Source of the DNA: Lachnospiraceae bacterium
GTDB taxonomy: Bacteria > Bacillota > Clostridia > Lachnospirales > Lachnospiraceae
DNA length: 64,000 nt
Direction of reading: 5' to 3'
NCBI GenBank assembly: GCA_017444015.1
Contig: JAFSXN010000190.1
Location: 2,618-66,617, forward strand
A program made the position numbers and the translations under genes. This document shows, piece after piece, positions 27,979 through 37,000 of the stretch (its first letter is position 1; each line of letters starts with the position of its first letter). Under the pieces are notes generated by a model. The model was not told the origin of the DNA. It searched no databases and worked only from the letters and a program-made list of their open reading frames with translations.

Positions 27979-29568
27979 ATGAAGGTTTTCAATACAACGA
28001 CGATTTGCATACCATCAAAGCATTATATGGTCGATCTTACGGAACGTGTGGCGGAAATAAAGAAGATGATCGACGCCGGAAAATATTTTACGATCAACCG
28101 CGCCAGACAGTATGGAAAAACGACCACGATCACAGCTATACAAAATGAGTTGAAAGAGGAGTATGAAATCGTGAGCTTGAGCTTTGAAGGGATCGGTGAT
28201 GCCGGCTTTGCGGATGAAACTTCTTTTGTAAAAGCCTTCTGTCGAAAACTGAAACGTGAGTATCGAGCCGGACGAAGTCTTCCGGAGAATGTAAAGGCTC
28301 AATTTGAAGACTTTTTGCGCCGGGATAAAAAAACGGGGATGGATGAGCTCTTTGACGCGTTTCTGGATTGGTGTGAGGAATCGGAAAAGGGAATTGTGCT
28401 GATTATTGATGAGGTTGACAGTGCGTCCAATTATCAGGTGTTTCTGGATTTTCTGGGTGGTCTTCGCGATAGCTATATTAATCGTGACGCAAAAGGAATG
28501 CCTGCATTTTTGTCCGTGATCCTTGTCGGCGTAAACGATATAAAGCATTTGAAGAGCAGGATCAGGCCTGACGTGGGACATCAATACAACAGCCCGTGGA
28601 ATGTTGCTTCTGATTTCAGAATAGATATGAGTCTCTCGGAGCATGGGATCTGCGGTATGCTTACGGAGTATGAGGCAGATCACCATACGGGAATGGATAT
28701 TGCTCTTATGGCGGCTCAGCTCAGGAGCTATACGAACGGGTATCCGTTTCTGGTAAGCCGGCTTTGTCAGCTGATCGATGAGCAGCTGGTACCGGAGACA
28801 TTCGGATCGCTTTGCGGAGCCTGGACGGAAAGAGGGTTGAATGAGGCGGTAAAACTGCTTCTTACGGAGAATAATACGCTGTTTCAGTCCCTGACGAAAA
28901 ATCTGGAAAATAATCCGGAGCTCAAAGCTGGGATACGAAGTATTCTGATGGAGGGTGCGAGGATTCCCTACAACGCCCAGCAGGATGATATTGCCCAGAT
29001 GGAGATGTATGGATTCATAAGGAATGAATATAGTACAGTACGTATAGCAAACAGAATTTTTGAGATGATGCTTTATAATCTGTTTCTTTCTGATGAGGAG
29101 CTGAAGAGTAATGCTTTTTTCCGAAGAGGAGATCTTGCAAGGAATATTTTCGTCCGGGACGGAATCTTAAATATGCGGCTGATCCTGGAACGTTTTACTG
29201 AAACATATATGGAAATATACGGACCGTTAGAAGAGAAATTTAAGGAAAAGGATGGGAGAGAGTTGTTTCTGCTCTACCTGAAGCCGATCATAAACGGGAC
29301 CGGAAACTATTATATAGAGGCTCAGACGAGAGATCAGACGCGAACTGACGTGATCGTAGATTATCCTGGGCAGCAATATATTGTTGAATTAAAAATTTGG
29401 CGAGGGGATCGATACAATGCTGAGGGAGAAAAGCAGATCAGTGAGTATCTGGATTATTTTGGCCTGTCAACGGGATATATGCTGAGCTTTAACTTCAATA
29501 AACATAAGGAGCAGGGAGTCAGGCAGGTATATATCGGAGAAAAACTATTGTACGAAGCTACTGTCTGA
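27979..29568 (+). CDS. AAA-ATPase_like domain protein with a C-terminal PD-(D/E)XK nuclease-like domain
   Basis: The N-terminus KVFNTTTICIPSKHYMVDLTERV...KYFTINRARQYGKTTT matches the PF09820-type predicted ATPase pattern as I recall it, with Walker B LIIDEVDSA. The C-terminus YYIEAQTRDQTRTDVIVDYPGQQYIVELKIWRG fits a D...E-x-K nuclease core (PDDEXK_9-like). Confidence 0.75.
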   Translation: MKVFNTTTICIPSKHYMVDLTERVAEIKKMIDAGKYFTINRARQYGKTTTITAIQNELKEEYEIVSLSFEGIGDAGFADETSFVKAFCRKLKREYRAGRSLPENVKAQFEDFLRRDKKTGMDELFDAFLDWCEESEKGIVLIIDEVDSASNYQVFLDFLGGLRDSYINRDAKGMPAFLSVILVGVNDIKHLKSRIRPDVGHQYNSPWNVASDFRIDMSLSEHGICGMLTEYEADHHTGMDIALMAAQLRSYTNGYPFLVSRLCQLIDEQLVPETFGSLCGAWTERGLNEAVKLLLTENNTLFQSLTKNLENNPELKAGIRSILMEGARIPYNAQQDDIAQMEMYGFIRNEYSTVRIANRIFEMMLYNLFLSDEELKSNAFFRRGDLARNIFVRDGILNMRLILERFTETYMEIYGPLEEKFKEKDGRELFLLYLKPIINGTGNYYIEAQTRDQTRTDVIVDYPGQQYIVELKIWRGDRYNAEGEKQISEYLDYFGLSTGYMLSFNFNKHKEQGVRQVYIGEKLLYEATV

Positions 29569-29575
29569 TGAAAGG

Positions 29576-29791
29576 ATGGGATCAAGCCGGATGAAAAGGC
29601 GGATTTTAATGAGTGTGTTGGTTGTTCTGATTTGCGTCGTCTCCGGTGTTCTTCTGTGCCTGGCAGGCGGTTTTACCCTTTCGGAGATCGGCGCGGTCGT
29701 CGGGATCGGAACGATCATCACCGCCTTTTTTATGGGCCCGCTGATCGACTATTTTAATATCCATCTGGCGCGGAAAATTCTTGGGAGTTGA
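29576..29791 (+). CDS. Small two-helix membrane protein, possibly a fragment of a YczE/YitT-like gene
   Basis: Two hydrophobic helices: ILMSVLVVLICVVSGVLLCLAGG and IGAVVGIGTIITAFFMGPLIDYF. The RBS is weak, the start is ambiguous (29576 or 29591), and it sits among gene fragments. Confidence 0.3.
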   Translation: MGSSRMKRRILMSVLVVLICVVSGVLLCLAGGFTLSEIGAVVGIGTIITAFFMGPLIDYFNIHLARKILGS

Positions 29792-29892
29792 GGTCTTGGA
29801 AATTGATTCCTCTCCAATGGATATCATTATTGTTAAAGGAAAAAATGCGTGATAAGATACGAATGGTGTTTAATTATATTTGAGGTACGACA

Positions 29893-30090
29893 ATGATAGA
29901 ATATTTATATGCAAATAATTATAAGACGCTTGTTAATTTTAAGATAGAATTCGGTAAAACTAATGTACTCATAGGGAAAAGCGGTTCGGGGAAATCGTCG
30001 ATATTATTTCTTTTAGCCTGCATAAGGTCTTTTATGGAGGGTACCGTAAATACTATAGCCTTATTATTCGCCTGGTCATTCGACTCATAG
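29893..30090 (+). pseudogene. N-terminal fragment (65 aa) of an AAA_15/AAA_21-type ATPase
   Basis: MIEYLYANNYKTLVNFKIEFGKTNVLIGKSGSGKSSILFLL is the usual N-terminus plus Walker A of several-hundred-aa ATPases of this type. Here the frame stops after 65 codons, in AT-rich sequence. Confidence 0.5.
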
Positions 30091-30223
30091 GAAGTTCTCC
30101 TGTATTCCTTCAAACTTTTCAACGATAATTATAACGTACGACCAAGGTTTCCGCAAATATAACATATTTTTATATTGTTCCTCTAAAAGTGGTAAAAAAA
30201 TGGAGATTTAGAGGAAAAATAAA

Positions 30224-30252
30224 TTGACACCCGGGCTGTGTTGCAGTATAGT
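30224..30252 (+). promoter_or_regulatory. Near-consensus promoter placed so that the ATPase mRNA would be leaderless
   Basis: TTGACA (30224-30229), a 17-nt spacer, TATAGT (30247-30252), 6 nt, then ATG 30259. There is no Shine-Dalgarno sequence before the ATG. Confidence 0.45.
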
Positions 30253-30258
30253 ACAGGC

Positions 30259-31704
30259 ATGAAAAAACAGCGAATAATCGGAAGAACTAAAGAATGTGAA
30301 CGCCTTGACGAATGCATGAATTCAGACAAGGCACAGTTGATCATTGTCTATGGACGAAGAAGAGTTGGTAAAACTTATCTTATAAATGAGTATTACCATA
30401 AGGATTTCGCGTTTAAACTCACGGGCATGTATGGGAAGGGCAAGGAAATCCAACTAGAGAACTTTGCATCAGAGCTGGGGCGCAAAACCCGAAAAAAACA
30501 AGATATACCGGACAACTGGCGACAGGCTTTTGAGGAATTACGTGACTATCTTGAAGCGCTTCCGGAAGACAAAAAACAGGTAGTGTTCTTTGATGAGATG
30601 CCCTGGCTGGATAATCAAAAGGGGGAATTTCTCTCCAGGTTTGAATGGTTTTGGAATGACTGGGCGTCAACAAGGGATAATCTTGTTTTTATAGTATGTG
30701 GATCTGCAACATCCTGGATGGATGAGAAAATAGCGAATAATAAAGGGGGATTGTTTAATCGGCAGACCTGCAAGCTGTTTTTAAAGCCGTTCAAACTTTA
30801 TGAAGCTGAGGCATTCCTATTAAACAAAAACATCAAATGGTCAAGATATGATATTGTCAGATGCTATATGATTATGGGCGGCATTCCATATTATCTTGAT
30901 CTGTTGAGCAGTAAGCTGTCTTTCTCTCAAAATATTGACAGAATTTTTTTTTCGGAGGACGGAGAGTTATGGGATGAATTTGAGCATCTTTATAAAACTC
31001 TATTTTCAAACAGTGAACACTATGTAAAGGTCGTTGAAGCTCTCAGTACTAAAGCCTCCGGTCTTACGAGGGGCGAAATTGCGGATGAAACAGGCCTGAA
31101 AGGTAATGGAGACCTGAGCAAGATACTGAAAGATCTTGTTCTGTCCGGTTTTGTACGTATATCGGGGTTCTATAAGAAAAAGAAAAAGGATACATTATAT
31201 CAGCTATGTGATTATTATACAGCTTTCTACATGCACTACCTCAAAGATAGAAACGGTAAAGATGAGCATTACTGGACCAATTCCACTGGGGATCGTTCAA
31301 GGAGTATATGGGAGGGTCTTACGTTTGAACAGGTCTGCAAAGATCATATTATGGCTATAAAATATAAGCTGGGAATCCCAGGTGTGCTGACGGAAGAATC
31401 CTCATGGTTCCAACGCGGAGATAAGAAAAAAGGAATTCCCGGCGCCCAGATTGATTTATTAATTGAGCGGAGTGACAAAGTGATCGATATCTGTGAGATA
31501 AAGTTCTCCAGTGCGGAATATACGATCGATGAAAAGATTGATATGAGTCTCAGAAACAAGGCTGAGGTTTTCAGAAATGCCACGGGGTGCAGGGATACCG
31601 TTCAAATAATAATGATTACGACACATGGTGTTAAGGAAAATGAATATAGTAGCGTAATCCAGAATCAGGTTACTATGAATGATCTATTTATAGAATGGCA
31701 ATAG
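30259..31704 (+). CDS. AAA+ ATPase, Arch_ATPase/DUF234-type (paralog of 986..2431)
   Basis: MKKQRIIGRTKECERL, Walker A GRRRVGKTYL, Walker B VVFFDEMPW, IVCGSATSW. The C-terminus is QIDLLIERSDKVIDICEIKF. The track ORF starts at GTG 30238; ATG 30259 is preferred. Confidence 0.8.
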   Translation: MKKQRIIGRTKECERLDECMNSDKAQLIIVYGRRRVGKTYLINEYYHKDFAFKLTGMYGKGKEIQLENFASELGRKTRKKQDIPDNWRQAFEELRDYLEALPEDKKQVVFFDEMPWLDNQKGEFLSRFEWFWNDWASTRDNLVFIVCGSATSWMDEKIANNKGGLFNRQTCKLFLKPFKLYEAEAFLLNKNIKWSRYDIVRCYMIMGGIPYYLDLLSSKLSFSQNIDRIFFSEDGELWDEFEHLYKTLFSNSEHYVKVVEALSTKASGLTRGEIADETGLKGNGDLSKILKDLVLSGFVRISGFYKKKKKDTLYQLCDYYTAFYMHYLKDRNGKDEHYWTNSTGDRSRSIWEGLTFEQVCKDHIMAIKYKLGIPGVLTEESSWFQRGDKKKGIPGAQIDLLIERSDKVIDICEIKFSSAEYTIDEKIDMSLRNKAEVFRNATGCRDTVQIIMITTHGVKENEYSSVIQNQVTMNDLFIEWQ

Positions 31705-31739
31705 GATTGTATGGCTCTTCTTTGTTAAGAGCCGTCTGG

Positions 31740-31928
31740 TCAATATATCAGCTGCGCAAACGCATACAAAGGATAATTGGTCAGCCACTCCTGCTCCCGG
31801 TAGTCTGACATAGAAATCCGTGCTCCTGACGCTTTGTATTTTTGAATAAAGGCTTTCAGGCTCTTTGCCTGCAGGTTCTCTTCCGCCTTGACTTCAATGG
31901 GCAGAACCTCATCCTTATGAATAACGGA
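31740..31928 (-). pseudogene. C-terminal fragment of a DUF4143-type AAA+ ATPase gene
   Basis: The last ~62 codons of track ORF 31740..32480 read VIHKDEVLPIEVKAEENLQAKSLKAFIQKYKASGARISMSDYREQEWLTNYPLYAFAQLIY. This is the typical tail of that family (xPIEVK...KSLxxF...PLYA). The rest of the ORF is antisense to the GGDEF gene. Confidence 0.5.
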
Positions 31929-31934
31929 AAAAAT

Positions 31935-33863
31935 ATGAGCAAACGGCCGCATATCGGACTGATGGTGGGAAATTACCACTCTGACCACCCCAGACGTCTG
32001 GTCCGGGAAATCTGGACCCTGCTCTCCGATAAGGAGGTCGATGTAAAGTTCTATCTCGGCACGGAAAGCTCCAGCTTCCTTACGGATTTTGTCGCCCGGG
32101 GCAACCGGTTTGATTATCAGTATTCCTTCCTTTACGATCTGAGCCATTTTGACGATCTGGATATTCTGATGGTTTCTATCGGAACGCTCTCGATCTATCA
32201 GAGCAGTATTTCGGTGGAGGATTTCCTGAACCGTATGCCGGATATTCCTATTGTACAGCTGGAAAACGATATACAGGTAAAGAACGGGATCTGGCTGATT
32301 ACCGATAATTATGAGGGTATGTCCTCTTGTGTAGAGCATCTGATTACGGAGCATGGGCTGAGGAAGCTGGTGTTTATCGCAGGGCCTTACGGCAACTGCG
32401 ATTCCGAGGAAAGGCTTCAGGGCTATCTGGATACCATGAAAAAACATGGACTTGCCGTGGAGGATAAGATGGTAGAGCACGGCGACTATTCAGAGCATGT
32501 AGACGAGCTGGTAGAGCGGCTTTTAGACAATAATCCCGATGCTGAGGCTGTGGTTTCCGCCAATGATGAGATGGCTGTCGCTATATACCGGGTATGCGAA
32601 AAACGGGGACTGAAGGTCGGAAGAGATATCGCCGTAACAGGCTTTGACGACTCAGAGCTCTCAAGATATATGGATCCGCCTCTTACAACGGTAAAACAGG
32701 ATTATACTCTTTTTGCGAAGAAAGCAGTTGAAAAAACCTTTGAAATGATAGAGACGGGCCAGGCTGTTTCCGAGAGGCTGCCTTCTCCGCTGATCCGCAG
32801 GACTTCCTGCGGGTGTACGAAGAAAGCTGTGGGAGCCCTGGATGACGATGATAAAAATGAACTGATCAAGAATATGTGGAGTTCTGTAGATTTCCAGCAT
32901 CAATCCTGGATCGGGGCGCTGCTTATGCGAGAAATGCTTCTGGAAAGCGGCGATCGCTATGGGTTTTTGAATGGACTCGGAAAGGTGCTTTCTTATCTGA
33001 AGGTGAGCAAATCCTATGTGTACCTGTTCCAGGAGCCAAGAAAGGTCGCTCCGGGGGAATTGCCCCAAAAACCCGCTAAAATGAAGCTTGCCCTGGTTCA
33101 GAACGGGGAGAATCTTACAACATTTGACTGGGAAGAAGCGCCGATCTTAAGCGCCGAAAAAGGAAGCGGAATTCCTGAGCAGATACCAGACGGAAAATAC
33201 ATGTCGTTTATGCTCTTCTTTGAGGAATATCAGTATGGAACGTTAAATCTGGAAATCGAGCCGGAGCGTATTGAGTTCTTTTACATGTTCGCTTTGGAGC
33301 TGGGATCCAGCCTTCGGTATCTGCAGATGTCTATGGAGCAGGCAAGGTACCAGGCAGAACTGCAGGCCCTTGCAAGGCACGACAATCTTACGGGACTTTA
33401 CAACCGGCTGGGACTGATCGGCGCAGTGACAGGCTATGTCAGGAATTATCCGAAAAAGACTCTTGCTGCAATGATGGCGGATCTCGACCACCTCAAGCAG
33501 ATCAACGATACCTTCGGGCATAAGGAGGGAGACTCCGCGATATCAAAGGCGGCGGATATCCTTCGCGAAGCGGCAGGTCCCCGCTCCCCTCTCGGACGAA
33601 CGGGAGGCGACGAATATATGGGAGTATTTGTGGCGGACCCAGAAGAAAGAATCGCTGCTGTAAAACAGCGGGTAAAGGACAGATGCGAGGAATATAATCG
33701 GATTTCCGGCAAACCCTACTATCTTGAAATTTCCCTTGGCTTCCATACTTTTAAGGGGGAAGAGTATACCGAGCTTTCCGCTGTGATGGAAAAAGCGGAC
33801 GAAAGACTTTACGAAGCCAAGAAAAGCAGACGGGCTTCGGTAATAAAAGAGCAGGGCAATTAG
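31935..33863 (+). CDS. Cytoplasmic diguanylate cyclase: LacI-type sugar-binding (periplasmic-binding-protein-fold) sensor without an HTH, fused to GGDEF
   Basis: N-terminal half: IGLMVGN..., VFIAGPYGNCDSEERLQGYLDTMKKHGL, AVVSANDEMAVAIYRVCEKRGLKVGRDIAVTGFDDS (LacI-family ligand domain). C-terminal half: HDNLTGLYNRLGL, DLDHLKQINDTFGHKEGD, RTGGDEYMGVF (GGDEF with F to Y). No TM segment. The track start 31842 is an upstream extension. Confidence 0.85.
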   Translation: MSKRPHIGLMVGNYHSDHPRRLVREIWTLLSDKEVDVKFYLGTESSSFLTDFVARGNRFDYQYSFLYDLSHFDDLDILMVSIGTLSIYQSSISVEDFLNRMPDIPIVQLENDIQVKNGIWLITDNYEGMSSCVEHLITEHGLRKLVFIAGPYGNCDSEERLQGYLDTMKKHGLAVEDKMVEHGDYSEHVDELVERLLDNNPDAEAVVSANDEMAVAIYRVCEKRGLKVGRDIAVTGFDDSELSRYMDPPLTTVKQDYTLFAKKAVEKTFEMIETGQAVSERLPSPLIRRTSCGCTKKAVGALDDDDKNELIKNMWSSVDFQHQSWIGALLMREMLLESGDRYGFLNGLGKVLSYLKVSKSYVYLFQEPRKVAPGELPQKPAKMKLALVQNGENLTTFDWEEAPILSAEKGSGIPEQIPDGKYMSFMLFFEEYQYGTLNLEIEPERIEFFYMFALELGSSLRYLQMSMEQARYQAELQALARHDNLTGLYNRLGLIGAVTGYVRNYPKKTLAAMMADLDHLKQINDTFGHKEGDSAISKAADILREAAGPRSPLGRTGGDEYMGVFVADPEERIAAVKQRVKDRCEEYNRISGKPYYLEISLGFHTFKGEEYTELSAVMEKADERLYEAKKSRRASVIKEQGN

Positions 33864-33910
33864 CCCAAAGCCCGGAAGGATATAGGATCAGATCAAGGTA
33901 TAAAAAAATT

Positions 33911-33933
33911 GGACCGTTTCGGTCCTTTTTTTT
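33911..33933 (+). terminator. Intrinsic terminator of the GGDEF gene, and twin of the hairpin upstream of giant gene 1
   Basis: GGACCG-TTT-CGGTCC followed by TTTTTTTT, preceded by an A-run. Confidence 0.7.
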
Positions 33934-34069
33934 GTCTTTATATATAGAGAATTTCTATATTTGCGCGGCTTTTCGGATCTTAGAACAAATTTGATAAGTC
34001 GTTATGTATACAAAGTTAAATGGAACAAAGAGAATTTTCATAAAAAATGAAAAGGAGCAGAGAGAGATT

Positions 34070-37000
34070 ATGATGAAGAGGAGAGGTTTCAGAACGTTTG
34101 TGGCGGTGCTGGCCCTGGTTTCAATGCTGTTAGAGAATACTTCCATGGTATTCGCTGTTGAGGGCGGCTTTGATACGGAGCAGACCGAGGTCTACGAATC
34201 GACGGATACGATCGAAACGGAAACGTCGATCGAAACGGAAACGGCCGATGTTTCGCAGAATGATTCGGAGGAAACGGAGCTTTCTGAGGAGCAGGAGACC
34301 GTACCGGATGAGGCGGAGACGCCGGAGGAAACGGCTGTGGAGCCTGTCGTAGAAATAACGACAGAAGAAAATACCGAGCCGCAGTCCTCGTCTGAGGAGG
34401 CTGCGATAACGATCAGCTCTGTTGAGGCAGTGGACGGAAGCAGGCTTGAGATATCCGGGAATGAGTATATCCCTCTTTATATCGATACCGATCAGCTGAA
34501 CAGTAAGGATACCTTCCGGCTTTCTCTGGATCTGCCGGACGGCGCTGCCTATGACGGGCTGCTTAACGGGGAGTTGTCGAAGGGAAACGGGAATATCTAC
34601 TATCTGGATAACCTTCAGAATCGTACTGCCCGGGTTTCTGTAAGGGAAGCCTCCGAGGGAGTGACTGTAGAATATACGGTTCGAGGGGATGGCTATCCGC
34701 AGATCTCCCTGACCTCCGCAGAGGAGCCTGAGCCGGAGAAGGAGCTTCGGGTTACGGAGGACGGCAAGGCGATCGAAGGAAACGGCCTTTCGGAGCTGAC
34801 GATAACTTTAGACGGCTCAGCGCTGAACAGCAGGCTTTCCTACAGCCTCTATATCGGAACCGACGCGGCGGTTACTTATGAAGGAACTGCGGTAAACGGG
34901 TCCATCACCGGTTTAACGAAGAATACAAAGACGATTTCTCTCTCTGATCTGGATTATCAGTCCTTTACGATATATGCGGCCGGCGAGAATACGAATACGA
35001 TCGCCGCGGATTACTCCATTGACTCTGTAAACAACAGCGCCGTTCGTATCAAGCTGTACGATTCCGGCGAGGAACAGAAGGTAAAGCGTGACTATACTTA
35101 CGAAGATGAGCTCGTCTATGTCACGGCGACGCTGGAAAGGGCGGATGCTGTGCCGGATGATGCTTATTTTTCCGTGACCAGGGTAGAGCCTGAGTCTCAC
35201 GAGTATGACTATGATTCATATATGGATGCTCTGAATGAGAACTCGGAGGACGGGACAGAGTATAGCGGGGAAAATACAGTTCTCTATGATATTACGTTCT
35301 ATACGGATGAGACAAAGACCGTAGAGATCGAGCCGGAGGAGGGTTCCGTTACGGTTTCGATCCGATTCAAAGAAAATCAGTTGGATACAGGTCTCGGAGC
35401 AGAGGCAGAGGGTACTCTGGAGATCAATCATCTGACGGAGACAGAGGATACCATAGCTGTAGAGAATATAGAGACGGAAACCGTTGTAGAAAACGGAGAG
35501 GTCAGCTTTGTCACGGAGAGCTTCTCGATCTATTCCGCTACCTATAGCAAGGCGACAACAAGTTACGATCTGACGTACAGCGATGACAGCATCGAGGTCA
35601 CTGTAAAGCTCCCGAAGGAGGAGGCGGAAAAGAACAGCGTCCTGTCAAATTATCTCGGAGATAATCTGAGCGGAAACGGGCTGAAGCTCCGTGTGTTTAA
35701 GCGAGACGGAAGCTGGTACAACGATACAAAGGCGGTAGTCAGAGAGCTTATCACAAGTAAGAAAATCTTTGGGAATTCGATTACTACGGATGATGTAAAA
35801 TATTTAAACAGTGATAATTGGGACAGCTATATCTGGGTGTTCCCCTATGAGCTTGTTCTTTGGGGAACCGTCAGGGATCAGTGGAACAGCTGGGAGGATT
35901 ATCTCTGCTCTCTGAAGGACTTTGAAGGCGTAGAGGTGTCCTTTACTTTTAAAAATCCTACTCTTCAAAAGCTGATCAGCGATTGCCAGGGCGCGGATGT
36001 TTCGACGATCCAGGTAGATCTGGCAGACAGCTTTTATTCCGCGAATAACCAATATAACCCCGGTTCCTACGGTATTTCAAACGTTGATCAGAGTAATACG
36101 AAAAGGGTATTGGACGGAGCTTCGTACAGTAACAACGGCGATAATCTGACCTTCGAACTCAACGGGGCTTCCGATATTATTACCGTCGTCCTGAAGAAAT
36201 CGGTTTCGGATCCTGTAGGTTATACCTCCGCTACAGCGAATCAGAAAAAAGTAGTTTTTGATTCAAACGGAGGTTCTTTGGTTGAAACGCAGCTGGTCGA
36301 GGAGGGAAAGACCGCCTCGGAGCCCTCTGCTCCGACAAAGGATGGCTGTGTATTTCAGGGATGGTATAACGGAAATACTGCCTATAGCTTCAGTACCCCG
36401 GTTACTTCCAATATTACATTGAAAGCAAAATGGGACAAAAATACGGTTACCTTTGTCAGCAACGGAAACAGCACAGCGACCCTGGTAGCAAACGGCACCG
36501 CAGTTCAGAGACCGAGTGATCCGATCAAGAGCCATCACACGTTTTCCGGTTGGTATTTTGGGGATACGGAATATAACTTCAGTACTCCGGTAACAGAGGA
36601 TATTGTTTTGACCGCGAAGTTTGAATACGCTTCGCAGGCAAGCGTTTATACTCCGGGAACGAGCTACACCTACAGGGAGATCCTGGGCGATGCTGTATAC
36701 TATGGGGTAACGGCCAATACGGTTTCACCGAACGCGCATATGGATTCCAATATGGCGGCCGGTCTGGTCAACGGAAATTCCGATACGACGCAGGGTGTGT
36801 ATACAGGGAATCACAACCCGGGCAATTCGATCGCCGCGACAGTAAACGGCAGTTGGTTTACCAGAGCGGAGGGAGAAAAAGCTTTTACAATTTTCGTGGG
36901 GGAGGAGTATGTAGACTCTCTGGCGCAGAACCTTCTCTGCCGGGTATCCGATTACAGACTGACGTTTAACGGAGAAACCATATCGATCCATCTGCCGGAT

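Noticed and set aside
31740-32480. 246-aa minus-strand ORF treated as an intact gene.
   Set aside because: Only the last ~62 codons resemble a real protein, a DUF4143-type tail. The remainder is antisense to the well-supported GGDEF gene. It is kept only as a fragment, 31740..31928.
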